DNA from: Thermoplasmata archaeon
GTDB taxonomy: Archaea; Thermoplasmatota; Thermoplasmata; Lutacidiplasmatales; UBA184
DNA: 37,193 nt
Direction: 5' to 3'
Assembly: GCA_035945735.1 (NCBI GenBank)
Contig: DASYZY010000033.1
Location: 1-37,193, forward strand
The notes below the pieces were generated by a model that saw only the letters and a program-made list of their open reading frames with translations, was not told the origin of the DNA and did not search any database. Each line of letters opens with the position of its first letter. Positions within the stretch are counted from its first letter, which is position 1. Of the stretch, positions 7,209 through 16,550 are shown one piece after another. A program made the translations under genes and the position numbers.

Positions 7209-8651
7209 GTGCGCCTCATGTGTCCGGACCGGTACAAGCGGCTCGAGATCCCCGAGGAGACGCCGGAGGAACGGACCGAGAAGTTCGGTGAGATCCTCCA
7301 CGCCTACTCCCGCGAGGAGGCGATCCTCGAGGCCCAGCGGTGCCTGCAGTGCGCGATGCCGTTCTGCGTGCAGGCCTGCCCCATCACCCAGGACTGCCGG
7401 GGCTACATCGACCTCATCGCGCAGGAGCGCTTCGACGACGCCGCCCGGCTGACGCTGCGCGAGAACCCGCTCGCCTGGGTGCTGTGCAAGACCTGCTACC
7501 ACTACTGCGAGGAGGACTGCATCATGGGCGGGCGCGGCGTGCCCATCGCGATCCGGCACCTCAAGCGGGCCGCGCTCGAGTACGGGAACTCCGACCTCGA
7601 GTACGTCCCGAGCGCTCCGCGCCACGAGCGGATCGCCATCATCGGAGGCGGGCCCTGCGGCATCGCGGCCGCCTGGGACCTCGCACTGCGCGGCTACTCG
7701 ATCTCGCTGTACGAGGCCGAGCCGTTCCTCGGCGGCCAGATCGCCACGATCCCGCACTACCACATGGACGGCGACGAGCTCGATCGCGACCTCGAGGCGT
7801 TCCAGGGCCTCGACGTCACCTTCGTGACGGGCAAGCGCGCCGGCGCCGACCTCACGCCGGAGTCGCTGCTCCAGCAGGGGTACCTCGCCGTGTTCGTGGC
7901 CGTCGGGGCCTGGGAGCCGCGGCTGCTCGGGATCCCCGGCGAGCAGCTCCCGGGCGTGTTCTCCGCGCTCCACTTCCTCCTGGCCATGAACCACGGGGAG
8001 GTCGGGCTCCTGGGCCGGCCGGGTCGGACGGTCGTCGTCGTCGGCGGCGGGGATGTGGCGCTCGACGCCGCGCGCTCCTGCCGGCGCCTGCCGGAGCACT
8101 GTGGCGTGACAGTGGTCTACCGCAAGGGGGCCAGCGAGATGCCGGCCGGACCGGAGGAGAAGGGGGGCGGTGCGCTCGAGGGCGTCCAGTTCCTGTACTA
8201 CCGCATCCCGATCGAGATCGTGGGCACGGGCCAGGTCGAGGGGCTCAAGGTCCAGACGGTCCAGGAAGGTCCGAAGGACGCCTCCGGGCGGCCGTCGCTC
8301 GTGCCGGTACCGGGGTCGGAGGAGATCGTCCCGTGCGACACCGTCATCGTCGCCGTCGGCGAGAAGGCCGACGTCACCGGCCTACCGGCCGAGCTCGACT
8401 TCAAGTTCGGTTCGCAGGGCTGGCCCCAGGGCAAGCGCGAGGACTGGATGACCGACGTCGAGGGCGTCTTCGCCGGCGGCGGGAAGTCGGTCGTCTTCGC
8501 GATGGCGGCCGGCTACAAGGCGGCCGACGCGATCGAGGCGTACGTCGCCAAGAAGCAGGGGCGGGCCGCCCGGCCCCGCCCGGACCCGTTTGGCGGGCCG
8601 AGCCCGCCGGCCCCGCCGCCGGGCTACGGCGGGCCGAGCTGGCACCTGTAG
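7209..8651 (+). CDS. GltD-family NAD(P)H-dependent FAD/Fe-S oxidoreductase (glutamate synthase small-subunit / NfnB / SudA-like)
   Basis: The N-terminal Cys clusters are CLQCAMPFCVQACP and CKTCYHYCEEDC. A Rossmann motif RIAIIGGGPCGIAAAWDL is followed by a second dinucleotide fold TVVVVGGGDVALDAA. The start is GTG 7209 or ATG 7218. No large-subunit or NfnA/SudB partner is adjacent. Confidence 0.8.
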   Translation: MRLMCPDRYKRLEIPEETPEERTEKFGEILHAYSREEAILEAQRCLQCAMPFCVQACPITQDCRGYIDLIAQERFDDAARLTLRENPLAWVLCKTCYHYCEEDCIMGGRGVPIAIRHLKRAALEYGNSDLEYVPSAPRHERIAIIGGGPCGIAAAWDLALRGYSISLYEAEPFLGGQIATIPHYHMDGDELDRDLEAFQGLDVTFVTGKRAGADLTPESLLQQGYLAVFVAVGAWEPRLLGIPGEQLPGVFSALHFLLAMNHGEVGLLGRPGRTVVVVGGGDVALDAARSCRRLPEHCGVTVVYRKGASEMPAGPEEKGGGALEGVQFLYYRIPIEIVGTGQVEGLKVQTVQEGPKDASGRPSLVPVPGSEEIVPCDTVIVAVGEKADVTGLPAELDFKFGSQGWPQGKREDWMTDVEGVFAGGGKSVVFAMAAGYKAADAIEAYVAKKQGRAARPRPDPFGGPSPPAPPPGYGGPSWHL

Positions 8652-8728
8652 CCGGGCCCGGAGCCTCCCCGGGCGGTCGCCGCGGCAGTAGGGAAGAATC
8701 CTAAACAGCTCTCGCCTCTCAACCACCC

Positions 8729-10618
8729 ATGAGCGCCGACCGTTCCCCGCACCCGGCCGACTCCGGGTCCGCCGGAGGCGGCCCGGGACCGGCGGGCGTG
8801 GCCTGGGACCGGATCTACGAGTACGGGGTGATCGGGAACCTTCGGACCGCGGCGCTGGTCTCGCGCAACGGCTCGATCGATTGGGCCTGCCTGCCCCGGT
8901 TCGCCGACCCCTCGGTCTTTGGCCGGCTCCTCGATGCCCGGACCGGAGGCTTCCATCTCGTCGAGCCGGTCGGATCGTACACGACCACCCAGCGGTACCT
9001 GCCGGCGACGAACATTCTGCGGACCCATTTTGTGCTCGGCGGCGGCCGCCAGCTCACCGTCACCGACTTCATGCCGCTCGACCGGAGCGGCGAGTCCATC
9101 GCGCCCGCCCGTATCCTTCGGCTACTGGCGGCGAGCGGGGGCGCCGTCGACGTCCGAGTGCACGCCGAGCCCCGCTTCGACTACGGCCGCGCCGGCGGGG
9201 CCCGGTGGCTCTCCAACGGCAACGGCTCGGTCCTCGCGAGCGCCGGTCGCTCCGAGCTCACGCTGGGCTCGCCGGCCCCGTGGCGGACCGAGGACGGTCA
9301 GGCGGTCTCCCGCTTCCGCCTCCGCTCCGGCGAAGAGGCCGCCGTCGAGCTCCTGTGGGGCCCGGGCGCCCCCCTGCCCGATCCCGCGAAGGCGCTCCGG
9401 GAGACCACCCAGTTCTGGCGCGGCTGGGTCCACCGACCGGACGCCCCGATGCACCGGGCGGCGCACGTCTGGCACGACTGGGTCGAGCGCTCGGAGCTCC
9501 TGCTCAAGCTCCTGTCCGACCGGCAGAGCGGCGCCTTCGTCGCCGCGCCCACGACGTCGTTGCCGGAATGGCCCGGCGGCGTGCGGAACTGGGACTACCG
9601 GTACGTCTGGGTGCGCGACGCCGCCTTCGCCGCGCAGTCGTTCATCGCGCTCGGTCACCTGCGCGAGGCCCGCGAGTACGTCCGTTGGGTCGTGAGCCGG
9701 ATGCCCGAGGAGGGCGCCCAGATCCCGCTCCGGACGATGTACGACCTCTCCGGCGACCTGCCCCCGGCCGAGGCCACGCTGGATCACTGGAGCGGCTACG
9801 CCGATTCCCGGCCCGTCCGGATCGGCAACGCGGCGATGGACCAGCTCCAGCTCGACATCTTCGGCGAGGTGATCGGATCGGCCGCGCTGTTGGCCCGCAT
9901 CGACCCGGAGTACATCGGCGAGGCCTGGCCCCGGCTGCGTCGGCTCGCCGAGCTCGCCTCGAGGCTGTGGACGCGGCGGGACAGCGGCATCTGGGAGTCG
10001 CGGGCCGCGCCGGCCCACTACACCCACTCGAAGCTCATGTGCTGGGTCGCGGTCGAGCGGGGCGCGGAGCTCGCCGACCGCTACGGCGAGGGCTCGCTCG
10101 CCCGGCGGTTCCACGAATCGGCCGAAGAGATCCGCCGGGTGCTGCTCGAGCGGGGCTGGGACGAGAAGCTCGGCGGCTTCGTGCAGGGGTTCGACCGGCG
10201 CTGGCCCGATGCCAGCCTCCTGCGGATCCCGATGGTCGGCTTCCTTCCTTACACCGACCCCATGGTCGAAGGCACGATCCGTCTCGTCGAGAAGCGGCTC
10301 GCCCGCGGTCCGTTCGTCTACCGCTACGCCGCCCAGCGGAGCCAGCACGGCGCCGAGGGCGCCTTCCTGCTCTGCTCTTTCTGGCTCGTCGAGTGCCTCG
10401 CGCGCTCGGGGCACCGCGCTCGGGCCATCCGGCACTTTCGCGACCTGCTCAAGATCGCCGGCCCGCTGCGCCTGTTCAGCGAGGAGTTCGACCCCGAGCG
10501 CCGCGTGCCCCTCGGCAACTATCCCCAGGCATTCACGCACATCGGGGTCCTCCGCGCCGCGCTCGCGATCGGGGCGGACTCCCCCGCCTCGGCCCCGGCG
10601 GCGCCCACCCCCCGCTAG
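8729..10618 (+). CDS. Glycoside hydrolase family 15 (glucoamylase / trehalase-like)
   Basis: The N-domain start YEYGVIGNLRTAALVSRNGSIDWACLPRFADPSVFGRLLD is characteristic. The protein is 629 aa with the (alpha/alpha)6 region NWDYRYVWVRDAAF. Confidence 0.85.
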   Translation: MSADRSPHPADSGSAGGGPGPAGVAWDRIYEYGVIGNLRTAALVSRNGSIDWACLPRFADPSVFGRLLDARTGGFHLVEPVGSYTTTQRYLPATNILRTHFVLGGGRQLTVTDFMPLDRSGESIAPARILRLLAASGGAVDVRVHAEPRFDYGRAGGARWLSNGNGSVLASAGRSELTLGSPAPWRTEDGQAVSRFRLRSGEEAAVELLWGPGAPLPDPAKALRETTQFWRGWVHRPDAPMHRAAHVWHDWVERSELLLKLLSDRQSGAFVAAPTTSLPEWPGGVRNWDYRYVWVRDAAFAAQSFIALGHLREAREYVRWVVSRMPEEGAQIPLRTMYDLSGDLPPAEATLDHWSGYADSRPVRIGNAAMDQLQLDIFGEVIGSAALLARIDPEYIGEAWPRLRRLAELASRLWTRRDSGIWESRAAPAHYTHSKLMCWVAVERGAELADRYGEGSLARRFHESAEEIRRVLLERGWDEKLGGFVQGFDRRWPDASLLRIPMVGFLPYTDPMVEGTIRLVEKRLARGPFVYRYAAQRSQHGAEGAFLLCSFWLVECLARSGHRARAIRHFRDLLKIAGPLRLFSEEFDPERRVPLGNYPQAFTHIGVLRAALAIGADSPASAPAAPTPR

Positions 10619-11283
10619 CCGCTGTCGGAGCTGGTCGCCGGCTTCTCTTCTTCCGGCTCGGTCACCGGCGGCGGGAGACGCGAACGAGAGTCGGTCAACG
10701 GCGCCGGAGGCGGGGCAGGGGGCTCGGGAACCGGGGCGGCGGGAGGCGGGGCAATGGGGGCGACGGGCCCCGATGGCGCTCGGCCGAACAGCGTCCCTCG
10801 TCCGTGGCGGCGGCCGCTGGCCTTGGGGGGCGTGCCCGCGGGCATGAACGTGAGGGAGACGGGCGGCTCCTCCGACTCCGACCAGCGGGAGGTCTCCTCC
10901 CGGCTGCGCTGGCTCAGCCGGTCGACCTGCTTGCGGAGCTCGAGCCACTCCTCCTTGGGCACGACCATCTCCTCCGAGCCCAGCCGGACGATCCCGCGCG
11001 AGGCCTCGGAACCGAAGTCGCTCGCGAACAGGGCCACGAGCCCACCCCCGAGCGAGACCGCGCCAATGGCCAGCGCCAGGCCCCAGAGAGGGAACCGCGT
11101 GGGCGGCGAGTGGCCGGCCTGCAGGTAGGCGACCGTGCCCACCGCGAGCGCGACGACCCCGAGCAGTAGGAGCGGCAGCGCCCAGCGGATATTGCTGCGC
11201 ACGGCCTCGGCCGTCCGTTCCGACCAGCGCGGCTGCGGAATGTGCGCCACGGAGCTCATCGGGCTAGCCCCGCCCGAGCCCAA
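10615..11283 (-). CDS. Hypothetical membrane protein (two TM helices, Pro-rich C-terminal tail)
   Basis: The TM segments are WALPLLLLGVVALAVGTVAYL and LWGLALAIGAVSLGGGLVALFA. The frame has high GC3. An ATG at 11259 (MSSVAHIP) is an alternative start. No family was recognised. Confidence 0.5.
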   Translation of the reverse strand: MGSGGASPMSSVAHIPQPRWSERTAEAVRSNIRWALPLLLLGVVALAVGTVAYLQAGHSPPTRFPLWGLALAIGAVSLGGGLVALFASDFGSEASRGIVRLGSEEMVVPKEEWLELRKQVDRLSQRSREETSRWSESEEPPVSLTFMPAGTPPKASGRRHGRGTLFGRAPSGPVAPIAPPPAAPVPEPPAPPPAPLTDSRSRLPPPVTEPEEEKPATSSDSG

Positions 11284-11374
11284 GAGCTTGGCCCTCGGGC
11301 CGTCGGGCCCGCCGAGGAACGCGGGAGTCCGCGCGCCGGCGGGTGTCGAGCTTCGAGGACCGCCGGCGGCCGAC

Positions 11375-11902
11375 CTACGGGCAGCTCGTGGAGCTCGAGC
11401 ACTGCTGGTCGGTGAGGGTCATCGAGGTCAGCGTGAGCGCCGAGGTGCCCAGGTCCCAGGTGATGACGACCGAGCCCGAGACGGCCGTGGAGGCCTGCGC
11501 GAGGTAGATCGTGGTGGAGCCGCCGGCGGTGCTCGCCGAGGTCTCGACCGTGATCTGGATCGCGCCGGAAAAGCTCGTGGTGAAGGTGTACGTCGCCACC
11601 AGGGCGAAGTCCCCGGCGGTGCAGGTGTTGGCGCAGAGGTCGTTGGCGCCGCTGACCAGCGTCTGGGGCGCGCTCGACGTGCCGGTCGGGTCGGAGGGCG
11701 CCGGGTTCGACGTGGAGGTGAGCTGGGCGGAGTTGTAGGTGAATCCGCTGACCGCGCCGGCCGCGCTCGTGTAGTCGCCCTGCGCGTAGAGCTGGGTCGA
11801 GTTCGTGGTCAGGGTCGCGAGCGCGAACCCACCCACTAGCGCGAAGATCCCCACCAGCGTCGCGAGGTACACCAGACGGCCCGGAACTCTCTCTTGCGTC
11901 AT
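11375..11902 (-). CDS. Small Ser/Thr-rich secreted or anchored protein
   Basis: An N-terminal hydrophobic segment LVYLATLVGIFALVGGFALA is followed by a Thr/Ser/Ala-rich, beta-strand-like sequence with Cys pairs (CANTC and CSSSTSC). No family was recognised. Confidence 0.5.
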   Translation of the reverse strand: MTQERVPGRLVYLATLVGIFALVGGFALATLTTNSTQLYAQGDYTSAAGAVSGFTYNSAQLTSTSNPAPSDPTGTSSAPQTLVSGANDLCANTCTAGDFALVATYTFTTSFSGAIQITVETSASTAGGSTTIYLAQASTAVSGSVVITWDLGTSALTLTSMTLTDQQCSSSTSCP

Positions 11903-12122
11903 TCTCTCTCGGCGGCTCCAAATTTATGCGAGGCCCCGGTACATAGAGGTATTTGCGCGGTTTCGGCGGCCTTGCCGCCGGTTCCCGACGGATAACCGGT
12001 GGGCCTGTACGGCCGGCCGGACGAGGGTCGGCCGGTGTGTTCCCGGGGCGCGATCCGGCGCACCCCGTGAGTCGCGTAGGGTACAGCGCACCGGACGCAC
12101 GCCCCCACGGGGACAAGACGTT

Positions 12123-12137
12123 GATAGAAGAAATTTC
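12123..12137 (+). promoter_or_regulatory. AT-rich TATA-like element (GATAGAAGAAATTTC, containing the palindrome GAAATTTC) upstream of argC
   Basis: It ends about 22 nt upstream of the argC ATG at 12159. It is the only AT-rich block near that end of the 256-bp intergenic region. Confidence 0.35.
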
Positions 12138-12158
12138 GAATGGGACGTCTCTCACGAC

Positions 12159-13169
12159 ATGGCGACGGCTGCGGTACTCGGCGCTAGCGGGTACCTCGGA
12201 GGTGAACTGGTGCGACTGCTCTCTTCGCATCCTGAGTTCACTCTGACCGAGGTGGTGAGCGCCAGCCACGCCGGCCAACCCCTCTCCAAACTGTGGCCGA
12301 ACCTTGCGGCGAGCTCCCTCGTCGCCCGCCCGGACGCGAGCGGCCTCGACGTCGACGTCGCCTTCTGCGCCGAGCCAGCCGGCGAATCGATGAAGCAGGT
12401 ACCGGCGCTCCTGGAGTCGGGCTGCAAGGTCGTCGATCTCGGCCCCGACTACCGGCTCCGTGACCCGGCGGCCTTCGCCGCCACCTACGGCCAGCCGCAC
12501 CGCGATACAGCACACCTCGGGGAGGCGGTCTACGGCCTGCCCGAGCTCTTCCACGACCAGATCCGGTCCGCGCGGCTGATCGCCAACCCCGGCTGCTACC
12601 CGACGGCGACGCTCTTGGCGCTCGCCCCGCTGCTCGCCGCGCACCAGCTAGACGGTCCCGTCATCGTCGACGCGAAGAGCGGCACCTCCGGCGCCGGCAG
12701 CGGCCTCAGCGCCGACACCCACCACCCCGAGGCGGCGCTCACGGTCCACCCGTACGGCACGCCGCATCACCGCCACGTCCCGGAGATGAAGGCCGCGATG
12801 GCCGCGTACGCCGGCGCCAGCCCGGCGCTCGTGTTCGTCCCCCACCTCGTCCCGATGGTGCGGGGGATCCTCTGCTCGATCTACCCGACCCCGGCCGCCA
12901 CCGCCGACCCGGAAGGATGGCCCGCGCTGTTCGAGGCGGCGTACGGGCCTAGCCCCTTCGTCCGCTGCGGCGGCACCCCCCGACTCAGCTGGGCGCAGGG
13001 CACCAACCGATGCTTCCTGTCGGTGCAGCGCGCCGGCGACGCCCCGATCCTGTTCAGCGCGCTCGACAACCTGGGCAAGGGCGGCGCGGCGCAGGCGATC
13101 CAGAACGCGAACCTGATGTTCGGCTTCGACGAGACCGCCGGCCTGTCCCACGCCGGCTTCGGAGTGTAG
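12159..13169 (+). CDS. argC: N-acetyl-gamma-glutamyl-phosphate reductase
   Basis: The sequence has MATAAVLGASGYLGGELVRLL (NAD fold) and the active-site motif NPGCYPTATLLAL. The track ORF (11805..) extends upstream through intergenic DNA. ATG 12159 gives a normal 336-aa protein. Confidence 0.9.
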   Translation: MATAAVLGASGYLGGELVRLLSSHPEFTLTEVVSASHAGQPLSKLWPNLAASSLVARPDASGLDVDVAFCAEPAGESMKQVPALLESGCKVVDLGPDYRLRDPAAFAATYGQPHRDTAHLGEAVYGLPELFHDQIRSARLIANPGCYPTATLLALAPLLAAHQLDGPVIVDAKSGTSGAGSGLSADTHHPEAALTVHPYGTPHHRHVPEMKAAMAAYAGASPALVFVPHLVPMVRGILCSIYPTPAATADPEGWPALFEAAYGPSPFVRCGGTPRLSWAQGTNRCFLSVQRAGDAPILFSALDNLGKGGAAQAIQNANLMFGFDETAGLSHAGFGV

Positions 13170-13173
13170 CGCC

Positions 13174-14418
13174 GTGACCGGTCCGACGCGTGGGGCGACC
13201 TACCCCCGGGGCTTCCGCGCCGGGGGCGTCGCCTGCGGCGTGAAGCGATCCGGCCGCCCCGACCTCGCGGTCCTCCTCTCGCAGTCCCCGGCCGAGGGTG
13301 CCGGCGTCTTCACCACCAACTCGGTGAAGGCCGCCCCGGTCCTCCTCGGTGAGGAGATCCTCCGCCACAACCCCCACGGCCTGCGCGGGGTGCTCAGCGT
13401 AAGCGGGGTCGCCAACGCGATGACCGGCGCCGAGGGCCTAGAGGAGAACCGGGCGCTCCTGGCCGCCGCCGAGACGCGCTTCGGCGTGCCCGCGGGCTCG
13501 TTGCTGCCGGCCTGCACCGGCGTCATCGGACCCCGGCTCCCGATGGAGAAGCTCCTCGGCGGCCTGCCCTCGCTCGTCACCGCGACGAACGCGAGCCGCG
13601 CCGCCGACCGCGCCGCGGCCTACGCGATCCTCACGACCGACACGCGGCCGAAGCAGGTCGCGCTCTCCGCACGGCTCGCCGATGGGACCCGCGTGCGGGT
13701 CGGCGGGATGGCCAAGGGCAGTGGCATGATCGCGCCCCGGATGGGCCCGCCCCATGCGACGACGCTCGGTTTCCTCGCCACCGACGCCCGGGTGTCGGCG
13801 CCCGCCCTCGCCCGCTGCCTCGCCGATGGCGTGGAGCGGAGCTTCAACATGGTCTCCGTCGATGGTGACACGAGCACCAACGACACCGTCTACCTTCTCG
13901 CCAATGGCGCGGCCGGCGGCGCGTCGGCCGACAGCGACCCCGCCTTCCGGGCGCTCGTCGGCACGGCGCTCCAGTCGTTGGCCCGCCAGGTGGCCCAGGA
14001 CGGCGAGGGAGCGACCAAGCTCCTGACCGTCACCGTCCGTGGCGCCCGCAGCCTCGCCGACGCCCGCTCGGCCGCGCGCGCGGTCGTGGGCTCCACGCTG
14101 GTGAAGGCCGCCATCTTCGGCTCCGACCCGAACGTCGGGCGGATCGCCTGTGCTCTCGGATACTCCGGCGCCCGGATCGACCCGGACCGGATCGACGTCT
14201 CGCTCGGCTCCGGCCCCGGCGCGCTCCCCCTCATCGTCGAGGGGCGCCCCGCGCCCGGCCTCGACAACGGGGGGGGCAAGCGGGTCCGGGAGCGGCTGCT
14301 CCGGCTCAGTGAGGTACCGCTCGAGATCGCCCTGCACGAAGGCCGGGCGCATGCCACCGCCTGGGGCTGCGACCTCTCCTACTCCTACGTCCAGATCAAC
14401 GCAGCGTACCACACATGA
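13174..14418 (+). CDS. argJ: Bifunctional ornithine acetyltransferase / N-acetylglutamate synthase
   Basis: The N-terminus is YPRGFRAGGVACGVKRSGRPDLAVL. An autoprocessing-site-like HATTLGFLATDA and the C-terminal motif DLSYSYVQINAAY are present. The GTG start is 4 nt after the argC stop. Confidence 0.9.
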   Translation: MTGPTRGATYPRGFRAGGVACGVKRSGRPDLAVLLSQSPAEGAGVFTTNSVKAAPVLLGEEILRHNPHGLRGVLSVSGVANAMTGAEGLEENRALLAAAETRFGVPAGSLLPACTGVIGPRLPMEKLLGGLPSLVTATNASRAADRAAAYAILTTDTRPKQVALSARLADGTRVRVGGMAKGSGMIAPRMGPPHATTLGFLATDARVSAPALARCLADGVERSFNMVSVDGDTSTNDTVYLLANGAAGGASADSDPAFRALVGTALQSLARQVAQDGEGATKLLTVTVRGARSLADARSAARAVVGSTLVKAAIFGSDPNVGRIACALGYSGARIDPDRIDVSLGSGPGALPLIVEGRPAPGLDNGGGKRVRERLLRLSEVPLEIALHEGRAHATAWGCDLSYSYVQINAAYHT

Positions 14419-15266
14419 TCGCCCGCGAACCTCCCCCGGCTCCCTGCGTCCTCAAGGTCGGCGGACAGGAGCTCCGGCCCGGCCCCGCGCTCGAGCAGCT
14501 CGTCGCGCTCGTGGGCGCCCGCCGCGAGGCGCACCGCCCGACGGTCCTCGTTCACGGAGGCGGCGAAGAGGTCACCGACCGGGCCGAGGCGCTCGGACTT
14601 CGGTCGACCCGCCAGCGCGGCCAGCGGATCACCTCCCTGCCGATGCTCGAGGTCGTCCTCGAGGTGCTCGGGGGACGAGTCAACTCGCGGCTCGTGGCGG
14701 CGTTCGGCCGGGGAGGGATCCCGGCCCAGGGGCTCACCGGCGCCGCCGAGCGAATGCTCCTGGTCTCGGCGGCCGGCAGCCCGCCCGGCTCGCTCGGCTT
14801 CGTGGGCGAACCACGCCGGGTGAACCCGGCCCCGTTGGACCGGCTGCTGGCCGACGGGGTGCTCCCCGTCGTCGCGCCGATCGGCATCGACCGCGCGGGG
14901 CAGCTGTACAACGTCAACGCCGACCGCGCCGCGGCGGCGATCGCCGGCGCTCTCTCGGCCGATCTCTGGCTCGTCACCGACGTGCCGGCCGTCCGCGACG
15001 CCGGCGGCCGGTCCATCGAGATCCTCACCCCCAAGGGCGCCCGCTCGCTCCTGGCCACGGGAGTGGCCCGCGACGGGATGATCCCCAAGCTCGAGGCGGC
15101 GGCCGCGGCGCTCCGCTCGGGCAGCCCCCGCGTCTGGATCGGCGCGCTGGCCGATGTCGGCCCCGACGGTCCGGCCCCGGCGATGGGCACCTGGTACCTC
15201 TCCGAGACGCGCGCGATGGCGACCCCGCCGCCGCTCCGCGTGCGATTCGGCAGCACCCACGGGTAA
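14415..15266 (+). CDS. argB: Acetylglutamate kinase
   Basis: Amino-acid kinase family motifs are present: VLKVGGQEL, VLVHGGG and YNVNADRAAAAIAGAL. The start overlaps the argJ stop (ATGA at 14415..14418). Confidence 0.85.
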   Translation: MIAREPPPAPCVLKVGGQELRPGPALEQLVALVGARREAHRPTVLVHGGGEEVTDRAEALGLRSTRQRGQRITSLPMLEVVLEVLGGRVNSRLVAAFGRGGIPAQGLTGAAERMLLVSAAGSPPGSLGFVGEPRRVNPAPLDRLLADGVLPVVAPIGIDRAGQLYNVNADRAAAAIAGALSADLWLVTDVPAVRDAGGRSIEILTPKGARSLLATGVARDGMIPKLEAAAAALRSGSPRVWIGALADVGPDGPAPAMGTWYLSETRAMATPPPLRVRFGSTHG

Positions 15267-15269
15267 ACC

Positions 15270-16550
15270 ATGACCGCACCGAACTCAGCGAAGCCGCGCG
15301 TCGTCCTCGCCTACTCCGGTGGCCTCGACACCTCGGTCGCCATCCGCTGGATCCAGGAAAAGCACGCCTCCGACGTCGTGGCCCTGACCGTCGACGTCGG
15401 CCAGGAGGGCGAGCTCGCCGGCGCCATCGACCGCGCCCGGCGCAACGGCGCGATCGACGCGCGGCTCGTCGACGCCAAGGAGACGTTCGTCACCGAGTTC
15501 CTCTGGCCGGCCATCCAGGCCAACGCGCTGTACGAGGGCGTCTATCCGCTCTCGACGGCGCTCGCGCGCCCGCTCATCGCCCGCACGCTCGTCGAGGTCG
15601 CCCAAGCGACCGGCGCCGACGCCGTGGCCCACGGCTGCACGGGCAAGGGCAACGACCAGGTCCGCTTCGACGTCGCCGTCCACACGCTCGGGCCCAATCT
15701 GCGCGTCATCGCGCCGGTCCGCGAGTGGAACATGAACCGGACCGACGAGATGGCCTACGCGCGCGAGCACGGCCTCGAGATCCGCGCCACCGCCGAGAGC
15801 CCCTACTCGGTCGACGAGAACCTCTGGGGGCGCCGCATCGAGGGCGGGCGGCTCGAGGACGCGGCGCAGCCGGCGCCCGAGGAGGTCTTCGACTGGACCT
15901 CGCACCCGGCCGACTGGCCCAGCGCGCCCGAGGAGGTCATCGTCGACTTCGAGGCCGGTCTACCGGTCCGGGTCAACGGCCGGACGCTCGAGCCGGTCGA
16001 GCTCGTCCGGACCATGAACCGGCTCGCCGGCGCCCACGGCGTCGGTCGGATCGACCACGTCGAGGACCGCGTCGTCGGGATCAAGAGCCGGGAGACCTAC
16101 GAGTGCCCCGGCGCCATCGCGCTGCTCGAGGCCCACCGCGCGCTCGAGAGCCTCGTGCTCCCCCGCGACCTGCTCCAGTTCAAGGCGGGCGTCGATCGGC
16201 GCTTCGCCGACCTCGTCTACGAGGGGCTGTGGTACTCGCCGCTGCGCGAGGCGCTCGTCGCCTTCGTCCGCTCCACCCAGGAGGTCGTGACCGGTTCGGT
16301 CACGCTCCGCCTGCACCAGGGGAGCGTCCGCGCCGTCGGGCGGAAGTCGGAGTACTCGCTGCTGGCCCACGAGCTCGCCACCTACGGGGCCGACAGCCGC
16401 TTCCCGCAGGAGCTCGCCGTCGGGTTCATCCACCTCTACGGGCTGCCCAACCAGCTCGCGCACGCCCGGGTGCAGGCGGCCCGCGCGGGTCATGCCGGCG
16501 AGGAGAACGAACAGCGTGCTGCGCGATCGGTTCTCCCGGCCTCTGGATAG
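15270..16550 (+). CDS. argG: Argininosuccinate synthase
   Basis: The sequence carries VVLAYSGGLDTSVAI (PP-loop), HGCTGKGNDQVRF and IKSRETYECPGA. It starts 3 nt after the argB stop. Confidence 0.92.
   Translation: MTAPNSAKPRVVLAYSGGLDTSVAIRWIQEKHASDVVALTVDVGQEGELAGAIDRARRNGAIDARLVDAKETFVTEFLWPAIQANALYEGVYPLSTALARPLIARTLVEVAQATGADAVAHGCTGKGNDQVRFDVAVHTLGPNLRVIAPVREWNMNRTDEMAYAREHGLEIRATAESPYSVDENLWGRRIEGGRLEDAAQPAPEEVFDWTSHPADWPSAPEEVIVDFEAGLPVRVNGRTLEPVELVRTMNRLAGAHGVGRIDHVEDRVVGIKSRETYECPGAIALLEAHRALESLVLPRDLLQFKAGVDRRFADLVYEGLWYSPLREALVAFVRSTQEVVTGSVTLRLHQGSVRAVGRKSEYSLLAHELATYGADSRFPQELAVGFIHLYGLPNQLAHARVQAARAGHAGEENEQRAARSVLPASG

Noticed and set aside
7167-8726. ORFs 7167..8099 (-), 7340..8704 (+, 454 aa) and 8382..8726 (-)
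   Set aside because: They overlap the GltD-like gene, whose Cys clusters and two Rossmann motifs identify the true frame.
8881-11169. Very long ORFs 8881..11169 (+, 762 aa) and 9122..10948 (-, 608 aa)
   Set aside because: These are shadow frames across the GH15 gene and the convergent membrane-protein gene. The translations are poly-Arg/Pro/Gly.
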